A DNA stretch of 63,998 bases, counting the filler, from Ionaspis alba (taxonomy: Eukaryota): NCBI GenBank assembly GCA_964255285.1. It is 3 parts of 3 records of this genome, joined end to end, with 100 filler letters (N's around TTAATTAATTAA, not from the genome) between each part and the next. Parts side by side here need not be neighbours in the genome. Positions count along the whole stretch, not along the records: positions 1 to 23,335 come from CAXUUL010000186.1; positions 23,436 to 46,736 come from CAXUUL010000187.1; 1 more part is not named here. The stretch is one strand, 5' to 3'. A program made the position numbers and the translations under genes. The notes under the pieces were generated by a model. That model had not been told where the DNA came from and searched no databases. It saw only the letters and a program-made list of their open reading frames with translations. Positions 14,001 through 27,090 of the stretch are shown here, piece by piece; the first letter of the stretch is position 1, and every line of letters begins with the position of its first letter.

Positions 14001-16144
14001 GATACAAGTATTGTGCAATTCAGAACGACGCTGTACGCCAGAACAGCACACAACTACTGGATGACCCCGTCGGTATGACGAATGAGAAGTGTATCTCTAC
14101 TTGCGCGGCTCAAGGCTACAAATATTGCTTCACGAATTTCGAGAGAGAGTGCTGGGGTTTGAACTATCTTCCCAAGGCGTTCGACACGGATCGTGAATGC
14201 AATTATGCATGCACTGGCGATAAATCGCAGACCTGTGGCGGCAATGGGTTCTTCCAGAACGGAACTTTCTACCTGTCTGTTTTCGTTAACCCAGCGTTGG
14301 AAGAAGGCTTTGGGACCAACACCCCACATCCTGCTGTGGCGCCTAAGAATGTGGGTGCTTATGAGTACAAAGGCTGTTACACGGAAGGTTCGACGGCGCG
14401 AGCACTTGCAGACAACTTTGTCTCTAACAGCAACATGACTTTGGAGTATTGCGCTACCCAGATGAAGGATTATAAGTATTGGGGTGTGGAGTTCTTAACT
14501 GAGTGTTATGCCGGTAATGCCATCGGTGCAGACTCTATTGCTGCCCCTGAGGGTGATTGTTCGATGAGGTGTCCTGGAAATTCAACCGAGCTTTGTGGAG
14601 GCGGGAACCGTTTGACCGTTTACACGAAAAGCAATACGACAACCTCCTCTACATCGGCAACAGTTACTTCCACTGCTTCGCCCTTAGCTTCATCATTGTC
14701 GTCTGCTATCCTACCAAATTCGACTACCTCTGGAACCATTACTCCAACAATTTCAAGCTCATCAATATCCAGTACATCCAGCTCTACACTCATTAGCCAG
14801 ACAGGTCCGAATACGACAGTAGCGATTTCGACCGTTATAACTAACTTGTCAACTACCTCCCTGCCCACCGGATCCTCCACAGCAAACTCAACTACCTTGA
14901 CTACCCTGTCAAGCACAGCTACTTTGACTTTGACTGCTTCTGCCACGAACTCGGCAACCTCGGGCAACTCATCTGTAACGACACCGATTTCAACAACAGC
15001 GAACTCGACATCCTCAAGTTCAACGAGTAAGAGCACGACCTCTAGCACCAATTCAACTACTTCGACAACACAGTCAAGTCCAACCGCGTTGTCTATTACA
15101 GCTTCTGCAACAACTACGTCAACCTTAGTCACTTCATCTGCAATTGCGTCAAGTCCAATGACATCGAGCTCGACATCCTCAAGTTCGACTAGTAAGAGTA
15201 CGACCTCTACCACAGCCTCAGCCACTTCATCTACTACGGCATCAAGTTCAACGACACTAAGCTCGACATCCTCAACAAGTAAGAGCACGACCTCAGCCTC
15301 TCCATCCGCAGCGACATCAACTTCAACGGCACCAAACCCTATTTCTTCAACCTCAATAAGCAAGAGCACGACCCCTAGCACATCATCAACTACCTCTGGA
15401 GCAAGTTTGGCTTCGCCAAGCCTCACGCTCTCCCGCACAACCCTTTCAACCACGACCAGAACCACTTCAAGTACTTCAAGTACTGCCGCGCCAACATCCA
15501 CAGCTCCTGCAGTAGCTCAGATTCCTGATTGGAATCACATGGGCTGCTACACTGAGGCGCCCAGTGGTCGAGCTCTTGGCACCTTCAGCTTCAAGCAAGA
15601 CAACATGACAGTGGAGATGTGTGCCTCGCTTGCAGCGAAGAAGTACCTGTATTTCGGAGTGGAATATTCGAGGGAGTGCTGGGCGTCTAACTCATTGGCT
15701 ATTGGTTCTGTCCCGTCGACCGACAAGTCTTGCAACATGCCCTGCATGGGGAACAAGACCCAGATTTGTGGAGGTTCGTCTCGTCTGAATGTCTACAACG
15801 CCACTGAAGCCACCAAGCCTATTCTACCGACTGTTGTCCCGGGGAATGTCAACTTCACGTACTACAACTGTGTCGTCGACCCCGTTGCTGTTGCTCGTGC
15901 TCTCCCGAGGCTGGTGGCGGCTACCAAGGATATGACTGTGGAGAAGTGTCTTGCTCTAGCTAAGGGAAATCGCTGGGCAGGGCTAGAATTCTCAAGCGAG
16001 TGTTGGATCTATGACGACTTGGATCGACGTGCAGTTAATGCTACGAGAGAGTCGGAGTGTGGTCGCCCGTGCAGTGGTAATGCATCAACGGTCTGTGGAG
16101 ATGCTCAGCGGTTGACTCTCTATCGGAACAAGTTTATGCCATGA
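11052..16144 (+). CDS. Large secreted WSC-domain protein: signal peptide, PQQ-like beta-propeller, Ig-like region, 2 WSC, Ser/Thr-rich linker, 2 WSC
   Basis: Signal peptide MAILQPFVTMLTFFLTLISLAWA; introns 11475-11527 and 12153-12275; WGGDNSRSGYQ, QRPALL, GGVWMSGGG and DLGTSP motifs; four WSC-like Cys patterns (e.g. YKGCYTE...MTLEYC...GVEFLTECYAG...CSMRCPGNSTELCGGGNRL). Confidence 0.88.
15002..15379 (+). repeat. Degenerate repeats in the Ser/Thr-rich linker (STSSSSTSKSTTS)
   Basis: Near-identical units ctcgacatcctcaagttc.ac.agtaagag.acgacctct at about 15004 and 15169, with partial copies at about 15262 and 15358. Confidence 0.7.
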
Positions 16145-17036
16145 GTGCTTTAGAGTTGCGGACTGTGTCTCGATGAGGACAGCCTCGTTGGATATTTGTG
16201 GTAGAGAGTATAGGTAGTCTTGAGAGTCTTTTGTCCCATGTATTATTTAGCGAGCGGCGATTTGGATTTTGTCTATACTAATGTTTATTGATAGCTTTCA
16301 TTTTCGTATTACCATTCTTCTGTGTTATAACTTATAGATTATATTATAGAGGTTTATAGATACTAGCTGTTACCTCTGGATACTGATGAACGGACAATCT
16401 GCGCCGCGACGGACTTGGTCGGCTTTCCAATAATCGGAGAAACTTCCTGGCCGCTGCAACGAGTGCACCGTGCTTTGTTGCCTGCCGAACCACGTTGCGG
16501 TGTGTGGCGGTGTCTCCTTACGTGAGATTTGTCAATCGCAATAATGATTGGAAATCCAGGGACTCCGTGACGCTAAGCCCAATCTGGCCCTATCATCTGT
16601 ACCTCCTCAGGTTATGCCGACTCAATATCGATCCTGCGATCAAAAAGGGATCAGGCAACAGGTAATGAAAGCCGTGTTCTGGAAGTTGACAGTTCTTCTG
16701 GCGCTTCGCGTACGCGTCGTCGATAAGATGGAGTCAATGGACGACTCCTGGTCTACGACGAATGCCTCGTGGCTTCTCGGCTTTACAGCCTGAATGTCCG
16801 TGCAGGCACCCACCATCTCCGTCTATCGTGTTTCTTCTATCTTGTATAAAACGAGTGTAAGCTCTTGCGATGTGTTACCAGATTCTCATTCCATTTTTGG
16901 ATCAAAAGCATGTGATCGTGTCTCACTCGAAATCCTGTTATCTTCCAGAAATTCCGAAAAGCCCTATCCTTCTGTTGATATCCGAGCGTCAAGATATACT
17001 CCTGCAGTCGCCTCCCTTGTATATCTGATCATCATC

Positions 17037-17870
17037 ATGTCTTTACCATCTACTATCGCTTTCTTCGGGGCTACAGGGGGATGTGCAAACACGTGTCTCA
17101 CGCATTGCCTACAGAATGGTTACCACTGTACAGCATGTACGTACCAGTTCAATCCCGCATTTCCCATCTCTAAAACCAACCGCAACATCCTCGAGCCTCT
17201 GCTTTGGAGTCGCCTTTTCACGACCATAGCCAATTAACATCGATTCTTTTTAGTGGCACGCACCCCATCACGACTCACAACGCTTCTCCTCTCCAAGGGA
17301 GTTCCCCAATCGATCCTTGACAAGAATCTTATAATAACCCAAGGCGACGTCAAAGATATTACGCCAGTAACCGCCGTCCTCTCTCCACCTGGCCACCAAG
17401 TCACCCATATCATCTCCGGCATCGGCATGCTCCCATCCCTACATGCTGACACAACCATTTGCGCCGCGGCAACTAGGTCCATCCTCGCCGCCCTCAAAAC
17501 CATTGCCCCTCGCGAGCCTCCACATCTGACCGTCATCTCCACAACAGGCATTTCAAGCGGGCCACGCGATGTGCCCCTGCTCCTGGTGCCCTTGTATCAC
17601 GTTTTGCTCGCTGTGCCGCACAAGGACAAGCGGGCAATGGAAGACTTGGTGACGGAGGCTGGGACGGAAGGGGTCATTGGTGGATGGACGATTGTGAGGT
17701 CAACGTTGTTGAATAATGGGAAGACGGCTGAGGGAAAGGTCAAGGCTGGGACGGAGCAGAAGCCGACGTTGGGATATATGATTTCGAGGGAGGATGTGGG
17801 AGGTTGGATATATCGGGAGGTGGTCGTTAAGGGGGCTTGGACGGGAGAGAAGGTTAGTTTGAGCTACTGA
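17037..17870 (+). CDS. NAD(P)-binding Rossmann oxidoreductase (NAD_binding_10 / flavin reductase-like)
   Basis: MSLPSTIAFFGATGGC (GxxG-type motif), intron 17137-17253, LARTPSRL...QGDV...VISTTG...PHKDKRAME...WTIVR...GYMISREDVG. Confidence 0.85.
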
Positions 17871-17871
17871 A

Positions 17872-17971
17872 NNNNNNNNNNNNNNNNNNNNNNNNNNNNN
17901 NNNNNNNNNNNNNNNNNNNNNNNNNNNNNNNNNNNNNNNNNNNNNNNNNNNNNNNNNNNNNNNNNNNNNNN
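17872..17971. other. Scaffold gap (100 N)
   Basis: Run of N that truncates the 3' end of MET8. Confidence 0.99.
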
Positions 17972-18754
17972 TGGTACAGTGCCGGGCTTGTAGAAGCCTA
18001 GCAGGTTCTCCATATCCTGCTCGTCCATCTCCACAAGGTCCTCCAGACTCCATGATTCGCAAACCTTGGACATCCTGAAGCAGATATCAGTAGAAGTCTG
18101 GCTCGAAAGTTCTCCTTACTAACCACTGCATCCTCTTCGGACCCTCCTCGATTCCAGGTGCAACTTTCCTCAACTTCTTCCTCAACATCCCGACCTTCTG
18201 TATCGCAGCACCAACGTTCTTTGGTAGCCCAGCCGCTATTTGCTTCCGCACAATGCTCGCCAGCTTTGGTCCATTCCCATTCGTGCTGACCATAATCTGT
18301 AATGGACCATCCCGGTGGACGCTGCCAAAGTAGAAATCGCACTCCGGAGGTACATCAGCAATGTTTGCTGCTATCTTTCTCTCTTTGCAAAGCTTCCAGA
18401 TCTGACTCGAGGCTTCCGGGTCGTCCACTGCGGTCAAGACCATGTCTGCGCCATCAAGATCCGAAGGAACAAACTTGCGGTCCACATAATCGACTTGTCC
18501 CTTCTCAATTCGATGGGCTACCTCAGCATTGAGTCCGTCTCGGGGTGAGACGACAGTGACTTTGGCGTCAGCATTGAGGACATTGAGGATGCGGCCGGCT
18601 GCCACCTAGAGCTTTAGTTAGAGCTCTGATGAGTAGCGGAGTGGTAAGGAAGCCTGACTTCTCCGCCGCCGACTACGAGGACTCTTTTGTTTCTGATCTG
18701 CCAGGCTAGTATCAAGGAGCCTCCACCTTGTACTTCTGGAAAATCTTCTGCCAT
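17972..18754 (-). CDS. MET8: Siroheme synthase Met8 (precorrin-2 dehydrogenase/sirohydrochlorin ferrochelatase), 3' end in gap
   Basis: MAEDFPEVQGGGSLILAWQIRNKRVLVVGGGE|VAAGR...NIADVPPECDFYFG...GPLQIMVSTNGNGPKLA...RMQW|MSKVCESWSLEDL. Confidence 0.93.
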
Positions 18755-18952
18755 GGTAGCTGCATGAGCAATTAGTGAAACGGGCTTCTAGATAGTACCG
18801 TAGCTTTTCGATGATGTGATCCTAATCGATAAGACTGCATAATTTGCATAATATGCACAACATAGGTACCGCTTCCTGGTATCCCACGACATCCATCCTT
18901 TGACACATGGCCACGCCATAGGTCATCGCAGGCCTCGAGGGGTCCAAGAAAT

Positions 18953-21187
18953 ATGTCAGGAAGGAAGCTTGGAGGTGGTAGGGTACTTGGAAGTGGGAGA
19001 TCGCTGTCTCCGGCCGTTGCAGCGCTTCCCAAGAGGAACTCGGCCCTCCTGTCTCCGTCTGCTAGCTCAGTGAGCTTGAACTCTTCCGCTTCTACCTCGC
19101 ATACGTCGACGGAGCCGCAGGACCTTGCGTCACGGATATCGTTGGATCAGTTTGATGGAGCGAGTGCTGCCGCCACGGCTGCAAGCTCGAGGCTTGTGTG
19201 TCCAATATGTAACGAGGAAATGGTGTGGATCGATCCGTGAAATATTGGAGGATCTTGCTGAAATTCATTAGGTCACACTGCTACAACTGAACCGGTATGT
19301 TTCATCACGGAGCGCTCCTTCTATGGCTACTGAGTTCTCTATAGACATCTCGACGATGACCATAAGAATCTAGAAGAAGTCAAGCAGGATGAGGTCAAGG
19401 ACTGGTTCAAGTCGCAAATGATAAAGGCAAAGAAGTTTCAACCTCTGGCGGTTTTGAACCAAAAGTTGAAGGGTCTGGATGTTTTCGAGTCGAACGATGC
19501 ACCTCCTGTACCGAGCCCATATGGCGCTGCCTCTCCGAGCCCAGCCCAAACTCCGACTCGAAGACCGGAGTCTCCACGGCTTGATCCTGATGAAGTGGTC
19601 ACTAGGACGCACTGGCAGAGGCCGGGAGGAAACGATACATGCTCGGATCCTACATGTGGGAAGAAACTCAATTCTACGAACGGGAAGGTGAATTGTAGGA
19701 AATGTGGGAAGTTGTTCTGTGAGGACCACACGATGTACCAGATGAAACTCTCTCGATCTGCGCAACATGAGCCAGTCAGAGGACTTTGGTGTAGGGTGTG
19801 TGAGACTTGCTACAAATCTAGAGAGGGATACAATGATCATAATGGTAGGCATCTTTAAGACGATACATCCCATAACTCAAGCCTTCAGTTTACTGATCAG
19901 TACAGGTTTTGAGCGGGATCATACCCCGGAGTTCACCGCCATTAGGAGAAAGGTCGTCGATCAAACTTTTCTGGAAGTTTCGAGACTGGAAAAGCGTCTT
20001 ACGAGATTGACCCAGCTACTTGCTAACCCACCTGAGCAGAATGCTTCGAGTGGAGGCTTGCTATGGCCGCTTTCTCCTTTAAGGAATCAGAGGAAGGAGT
20101 TAGAACAATCTGTCGTGTCATGGGAAGATGATGCTAGCGTCTTGCGTTGTCCATTTTGTTTGCAGGAGTTCTCGAATTATACCTTTCGCCGCCATCATTG
20201 TCGTCTCTGTGGACGTGTGGTATGCGGTGATCCTCGAACAGAATGTTCGACAGAGGTTCCATTCAATGTCGCTGCTGGTAAGGTCACTTCAAAAAAATTG
20301 CACACCCATTTTCTGACCAGTCATAGCCACTAACGGAGCTTTGGAGAAGCCTACTAATGAAGTCGCTATCGATATCAGGATGTGCAAAGATTGCAAGCAT
20401 ACTGTATTCAGCAAGCGAGACTTTGCCATTGAAATTGCTCACAAGCCTCCCGACGTCCGAGCCTACGATAATCTTGTCCAATTTGAAAGGGGAATACGAC
20501 TCATGCTGCCAAAGTTCCAGCGTCTTTTGGTAGCTCTACAGTAAGTTTGCAATACCCCATAAAGGACTTAAATTGATAGCGGGTAGGGATCCCGTCAAGC
20601 CACCCTCGCCGGCTCAATTAGCAGAGGCCTCGAAGATTAGAAAGCGTTTGATGGACTCCTTTGCTCAATATGACGTGGCGGCTCGAAGGATCCGGGATTT
20701 TCCTACCTCGTCTGAGACACAGAAGAAACTCCAAAAGTCGATCTATCAGCAAGCTACGAACTTCCTTCACCTTCATATGCTTCCACTCAAAACACTCCCC
20801 AAAGTCCTCAAACATGCTTCCCCACATGGTGCCGTACCAAATGGTCATCTCGGTCCGAATGGCCCCTCGAACGGTGCTCTAGCCGCAATCAAGTACAATG
20901 AGATAGACAATTCCTCACAAGTGAGCAGTAGCAGCGCTATCTCGGCTCTTGAAGAGGAAGAGAAGACTCTCCGAGATCGTCTAATCGTGCTTGAGGAGCA
21001 GAAATTCTTCGTTGGTGAGATGATTGCCGATGCTAATAAGAGGAGGAAATTCGATGAAGTCAGTAGCCTGGCACAGAATATACAGGATCTGGGAAAAGAA
21101 ATCGATCAAATACAGGGACAGCTGGGACAGTTAGACTTTGCAGGCGCATATGGGGGCCAAGTGGTGGAGACACCACCGACGAGGTAA
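18953..21187 (+). CDS. PEP7: Vacuolar segregation protein Pep7/Vac1 (C2H2, two FYVE fingers, Rab-binding C-terminus)
   Basis: CPICNEEM|VTLLQLNR|HLDD C2H2; FYVE1 VNCRKCGKLFC...RVCETC; FYVE2 WEDD...CPFC...RRHHCRLCGRVVC; C-terminal LEEQKFFV...RRKFDEV. Confidence 0.93.
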
Positions 21188-22395
21188 TGACTGCTTTTGG
21201 TGTCAAGGAGCAAACCGAGGCATAGAGGTGTCAGCGCAGTATTGTACAGTTTTGCATGGTTGGTGTTATACAGGGCATCTATAGGCTTTGGAGGACTGGT
21301 GTGGATATTATGCCTAGGGACGAACTGCCCTTTCTTTGCTTGGCTGTAATCATGCGATTGTCGGGCTTCATGCTCCAGACTCTAGCATGCTTTGCTCGTC
21401 AGTGGCTGCTCCATAGAATGCTTTGGGTTCGAGTCAGACAAGGAAAAATGGGCGATCTGAGCGCGCCGATTGGTCCCAGTAGCGGTTTACGTCAGATTCG
21501 TACGCGCACGATATCATCTCCGATGGCAGAGGTCATGCCAAATCAATCTCAAGCATGAGGAGCATGATGATTTTGATGATTTATGCGAGAATAACAATGC
21601 GGCGGTCCCCAAGGCTTGGCGTGGATGACTCAGCGCCGATTTTAGAACTTCACTCTTTCTTCACGATAATCGTGAAACCCGCCCCGTCTCATCAACGAAC
21701 TTTCCAGATCCGCTCCAATCCATCAACCAGGCTCTCTTATGTGTACTTGCTTGCTTCAAAGTGAATCGACTGTCATGTGTTGCTGCTTCTTTGAACATTA
21801 TATGGCTTTGCGGTGTTGTGGATGCTGTCTTTTGTTCATGTACTGAGCCAAGAAAGAGCATTGGGAAGGCATTGTTATAGTGGATATTCATTACGCGCCG
21901 AAATTCAATGTCTGCCTATGCTATTTGGTGTGAGACTGGTATCACCCTGAGTCTCAAGATCCTCCTTACTCGTCAAATGCATTGATTGTCACCCATGCAA
22001 TCTAGGCTCGTGATAGCACGATTGATACCACCACTGCGTCGAGGCTCCACTTCGGTTGATGCAATTCTTGTCGAGCATGAAGCTCGTCACCGGAATCCTA
22101 CCTTCGACAGCCGCTACATCACCTAGCGGAGGCTACCCCACAAGTTTCCCTTTGCTCGGTCGTTCCTCCTCTCCTCACACCTGTCGATATAGTTCCTCCC
22201 GGCGGCAGGCACGCCTCTTTGTTTATTCCTTCCTTCTCCTTCGAAGGCACCGTTGATCGGGTCATCTATCTGTCGTTCGCTCTTAGGCACTGTAATATCT
22301 TGGTATTTTGGAGTAGTACCAGGAACTCCACAACGATCAAGCTCTGTCGTTAATTGCTCATTGCTTGCCACTCATTTGCTTCCTTTGCTTTTACG

Positions 22396-23335
22396 ATGCT
22401 TCTTTCGTTTCTTACGCTCACCTTGTTTTCGCTCAGCCAGCATATCTCTCATGTCTCAGCCACGGTCTACGCCAGAAGCGTTGTGGATGCACCAGTCCTA
22501 GGTCATACTGGGTGGATAGACTCAAGGGTACGCGCAAGAGCCGATGTTATCCTCAACCACGTCGACTACAAAGTAAGGAACGTCGATTCCACGGGATTCC
22601 AGGCAAAAGCCGTCGTCAGTGCTTCACCGACTGATGCGGCTGCCACTCCCACTCCCTTCTCAACCTCGCCACCAATGGACAACGGTACAGATGCAGCGTG
22701 TCTCTCCGCTCTCTCGTCTTTGAATGGCCAAGCTTCGAGTGCTACCGGGATATCGGTTTGCTACAACCTAGCCTACTTCAACAACTCTACAGGGACTTTC
22801 CAAGCAGATGTACGGCTGTATCGGCTCAATCCCCCGAGTGGAGATTGGGCTTCCCTCGTTCAAGCATCAGCTAGTGTAGGATTGATATATCCGAATGCGG
22901 CCGTGGCTATGGGTACAAATATGAATGGTGGAAAGAGCCGAGTAAAGCGGCAGCTATTATCTCCCGATAATGGAGCTTTAGTAGCTAGAGCCGCTCCGCC
23001 TAAGGTCATCGCTACCATGACCTTCGTGGGACAATTGGATTCTTCCCAATTGAGTCAAGCCATGAATGAGTAAGTCCCATATCGCTGTACCTGAACGATT
23101 GAAGGCTAATGCCTTCAAGCACCGCGTTGAGGAATGCCCTGACACCTACCATCACTCTTTCCGGCGTAACGCAGAACGGAATGTCCATGAACACCACCCT
23201 CTCCAACCGGGAAGCTTCCTTCGTCCATGGTCTGTTCTCGAACCAGCAAGCTGCCACAGGACCTTCCGCAGCACAGACGACGCAATTCGTCCTTCCAGGC
23301 ACAACGCTAGGGATCTTCCCCGTCAGTCTTATCGT
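22396..23335 (+). CDS. Hypothetical secreted/membrane-anchored fungal protein, 3' end in gap
   Basis: Signal peptide MLLSFLTLTLFSL...; ACLSALSSLNG...GISVCYNLAYFNNSTGTFQADVRLY; intron near 23070-23120; FVLPGTTLGIFPV, probably leading into a transmembrane helix lost in the gap. Confidence 0.75.
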
Positions 23336-23435
23336 NNNNNNNNNNNNNNNNNNNNNNNNNNNNNNNNNNNNNNNNNNNNTTAATTAATTAANNNNNNNNN
23401 NNNNNNNNNNNNNNNNNNNNNNNNNNNNNNNNNNN
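23336..23435. other. Scaffold join: 44 N + TTAATTAATTAA + 44 N (artificial six-frame stop linker)
   Basis: Linker at 23380-23391, centred in the N run. Confidence 0.95.
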
Positions 23436-23956
23436 GGAATGGGGGGAGGGAGAAGCAGGGGATTGTGCTGAGGTCGTGATGTGCAAGGGATGGCTTTGGA
23501 GTGCTTGTTGTGGAGCATAAAGTATGGGAAAGATTTATGGAGTTCAACTATTCGTAATGGATTTAGCCATGTCGAGCAATGTGTGTGCTAGTGAGCTTAT
23601 GTCATTATCAAGCGCTCAAACGCTGCAGAACATAAAAGGGACTAACCACGCTGTAGTCGCGCGACCTATTTGTCGGATTTTTCTCCAATTCGCGAAAGCC
23701 ATCTATGTCGTTCGTGAAGGTAATTTAAAAAGCTTTCCCTAAAAGGCTAAGCTTGCACCAATGCCCCATCAAGCCCTCAGGAACCCCGTCTAATACTTCC
23801 AAAAGAGAGGAGCGAATGCGGCCAAGACAAGTTAAGATAACGAGTGGGTTGATGCAAAGTCGATGCAGGTAGAATGCAGGGTTCGTAAAGCCATATCACG
23901 ACGTTATCAACACTTCGTACTGAGTTGCAAAGTGCAGTGCCAGTCGCAAGCAAGTC

Positions 23957-26314
23957 CTAGTCGATCTTAGCTTCCGCAAGGCTCTTACTCGGCGTCAAGT
24001 TGTTCGCCAAACGAATGTGAGGTAATTTGTTCTTTGAATTCGGTTTCTGCAATTTCTTGCGGGCGACCATGACGGGTACTGATGATTTGGTAACTAGATA
24101 GTTCGAAAAGGATCCGAGGAGAACACTGGAAATCACTGTGTCAGCTCCGCTTGTTTTCTGAATAGGGGACGATTGGTCTCTACTCACCCTTTGAGAGCAC
24201 TCCGTCCTCGAGATCCAAGAATGACTAAGGTTGGCTCGAGCATATCGATCTAGCGTCCGTCAAAAAATCGTCTCGCGAAACAAGAGGATTGACTTACAGC
24301 TTCGGTAATCATATACTTCGGACTCTTGCAATGAATAACCTCCACAGCAATCCTGACCTGCAGCTTCGTCTTGCGCAAAAATTTGATACAAGTTTGGGAA
24401 ATATCCTCAATAGCATGGAACCGTTCCTGGGCCGCTTTCGGATAGGACCTTGAGTCCGTCGACCCGGTGCGGCTGTCCTTGCCACCTCCAGGAAGAAGCG
24501 CTGGTCCACTAAGAGGTGATGGAGCTAACGTCGACTGATTTTGTTGTGTCGCTGCTGTCAATCTCCCAACGATGGCTGCTGTTTCCTGCATAGCTTGGCC
24601 GCCCTCGCCTATTGGGAGACTTGGTACGCCATCAGTCTCGCCGGTCTTGCCGGTGCCTACTTCTTCATCGACGGCGTAGACGGCCATTAGGGTATCACCG
24701 TCTCGTAAAACTGTGCCGATGGTCCATTCAAGGGCGTAGGCAGCTTCTCCACTCAGATCGGTTGCAACCAGATAAGTCCTTAGTCGTCTTGAGCCCTCTT
24801 CAGCTTCTTGCTGCATATGCGAGAATTCTCCACGGATAATAGTACGGATGACTCGGTTCGGTATGGAGCTGTCGATAGGAGACATGTTGATGGTGAGTCG
24901 CTGCGCTCGTCTGATATCGCTTAAGTCTTCAGAGTCGGATGTTGCAGGACTTGGCACGCCCGAAGGTTGCGAATTGTAATTGGTATTAGGATGCACGCCC
25001 GCTTTCTTCACGGACATCTTCTCGCCTCCAGGTCCAGTCACTGTCACCGTGGGTTCTAAAAGGGACTTGACCTTGTATTGGGACGAGACAGAAAGCCCTA
25101 GGTTTGCAAATGTCAGAACTGATGCACGGCATGATAAGACTATATAGACACTTACGTTCTTCTTCTGCAGCCGCGAGTAGGCTGTGTGCCATCTTTGGCC
25201 CCTTTCGTTTCTGTAGTCCGTCTGGGCCACGGTTCTCGTTCTCACTGTCCTCATTGTCGGCTTCTCCACCTCCTACACCTTTCTTTCGCCTGCTCTTTCT
25301 TCGACCGCGGAGGCTCCCAGGGCCCCAAGCATCTTCATCGGAACTTCGGTCCTCATCACTAGACTCAATAGCCGCTTCGCCGTCCTCGTCGTCCTCATAA
25401 TAATCTTTTGCCAGCCTGATCTCCCCAGTCGGAGAGAGTGTCTCTCCGCTACCCAAACGTGCCCGCTCACCGGCCCTAGCAGGCAAGCTTGATAGATTGC
25501 CTCCCGACTTCAACAGATTCGCATCTGATAGTCTGCGGTATGCATTGTTCATGTCGATAACTTTCCCCGCGTCTGTGACAAATTTTCCAGGAGAAGGCAT
25601 GAGATTAAAAGAATTTGTGTTTAGCATGCTTCCACCAGGAGATTGGGAGCGATTGCTGAGCCGTGAAGACGGCGATTTGGACTTTCCTCCAATAATTCCG
25701 GCTGTCGAATTATGCCTGCCTCTGTCCTTCGTGCGTGGGAGCGGGTCGAGCTCTTGACCTTGCATGATAGCCGCCATTGCGCTCCTGCCAATGCTTTTCT
25801 TCCCTCCTTGCTTGACTCGCTTTGGCAGTGCCGGGCCAGGGGCGGAGGAAGTCATGTCGAACTGGTAATCCATATTCGATAGCGACCCTTTGTCTCGGTC
25901 GCTGTCAGCCCGAGGCCGACCTTCCAAAGGGCGCAAAGATGCATCAGAGTTCGCACGATGTATACTTTGACCAGAAGACGCAGGTTCCGTAGCGGAGAGC
26001 GCAGGACTATGTAGAGGCTTTTGTGGTGTTGTAGGTGTTTGCGGATCAAGCATACTCCGTGACAGAGGCGCACTCCTGATCGGAGGTGCTGTAACTCCCA
26101 CATTTAGTCCTGCTATTGACCCATGCCTGGGAGCTGCAGGACCGATATCTAACATGCTTCGAACAACAGGAGCTGGGCTTGCAGGTCGGGCATCCTGGCC
26201 ACGCGGGGATGAAGGTGCTGCGGACGAGCTTCGGTACCCAGCAGGTCGACCTTCCAATATGTTCATGACCTCCTGACGTTCTTCATCGAGCGCAGCTTCA
26301 AGACTATGACTCAT
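23957..26314 (-). CDS. Universal stress protein (Usp) domain protein with long disordered N-terminus
   Basis: YLVATDLSGEAAYALEWTIGTVLRDGDTL...IHCKSPKYMITEA|IDMLEPTLVILGSRGRSALKG|VLLGSFSNYLVTKSSVPVMVARKKL. Confidence 0.92.
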
Positions 26315-27090
26315 TTTGATGGCTTTGAGGGCTTATAGACCCCCAAGTCTTCTTCAGCAGTTGATTGTTGTGAAAACAGAGGAGAAAGCCTCCACGGTCG
26401 CAGTGTTGGAGGATGTTGAGAAGATGGAGAAGCGACAGCGCACAGTAGCTTTTCAGGGTAGGAGCTGCTGTTCCGCAGCACAAGTAAGTCTCTCAAACAT
26501 CAACATCGTAAAGAGTGATGGAGTGGAATGGCGGAGTCATAGCTTGGAGCAGCCAAACCTAGATGAATGACTAGCCACCGGCCCTATCGATGCCAAGAAG
26601 GATAACGGTTGTGGAGACTGGAAGGCAATTCATAATGTTGAGAAGTTGAGGACTGATGATAATGGAAAGATGACTTCACAGGCTTATGATTGTATGAAGG
26701 AGGGAAAGCTCTCTATGAGCGATTGGGATGACAGGCGCTTCATGGCGATTGTCCAGACTTTTTGTGATTGTCTACGAGGTCACCGCCCACGCCAATCGCC
26801 GATAGGAAAAACAAAACGTTCCCAGCTGGCTGTGTAACTGTCTGCAGCCAAGAAACAACCAAGGTAAGCCGGCTGGACTGGATTTAATAAGAGGTAGAAG
26901 CTTGTGAAGGAGGTGTGGAGAAAGTGCTGGATAATTGCATTTAGGATGTGGAATGGTGCACATTGGTCGGCATAAAGTATCTCCAGGATTATATGCATGG
27001 CTGAATCACATCACATCTGATAGGATCGTCACCGGGATACGGTCGGGAGCATTGTGAGAATAGATATATACAGCCCAGAGGCAGTAAAGA

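Noticed and set aside
14620..15501. 293-aa Val/Glu-rich minus-strand ORF (and the similar ORF at 51809-52483)
   Set aside because: These are antisense shadows of Ser/Thr-rich coding linkers.
23380..23391. TTAATTAATTAA palindrome (also at 46781-46792) as a biological motif
   Set aside because: It is centred exactly in N runs and is an artificial linker.
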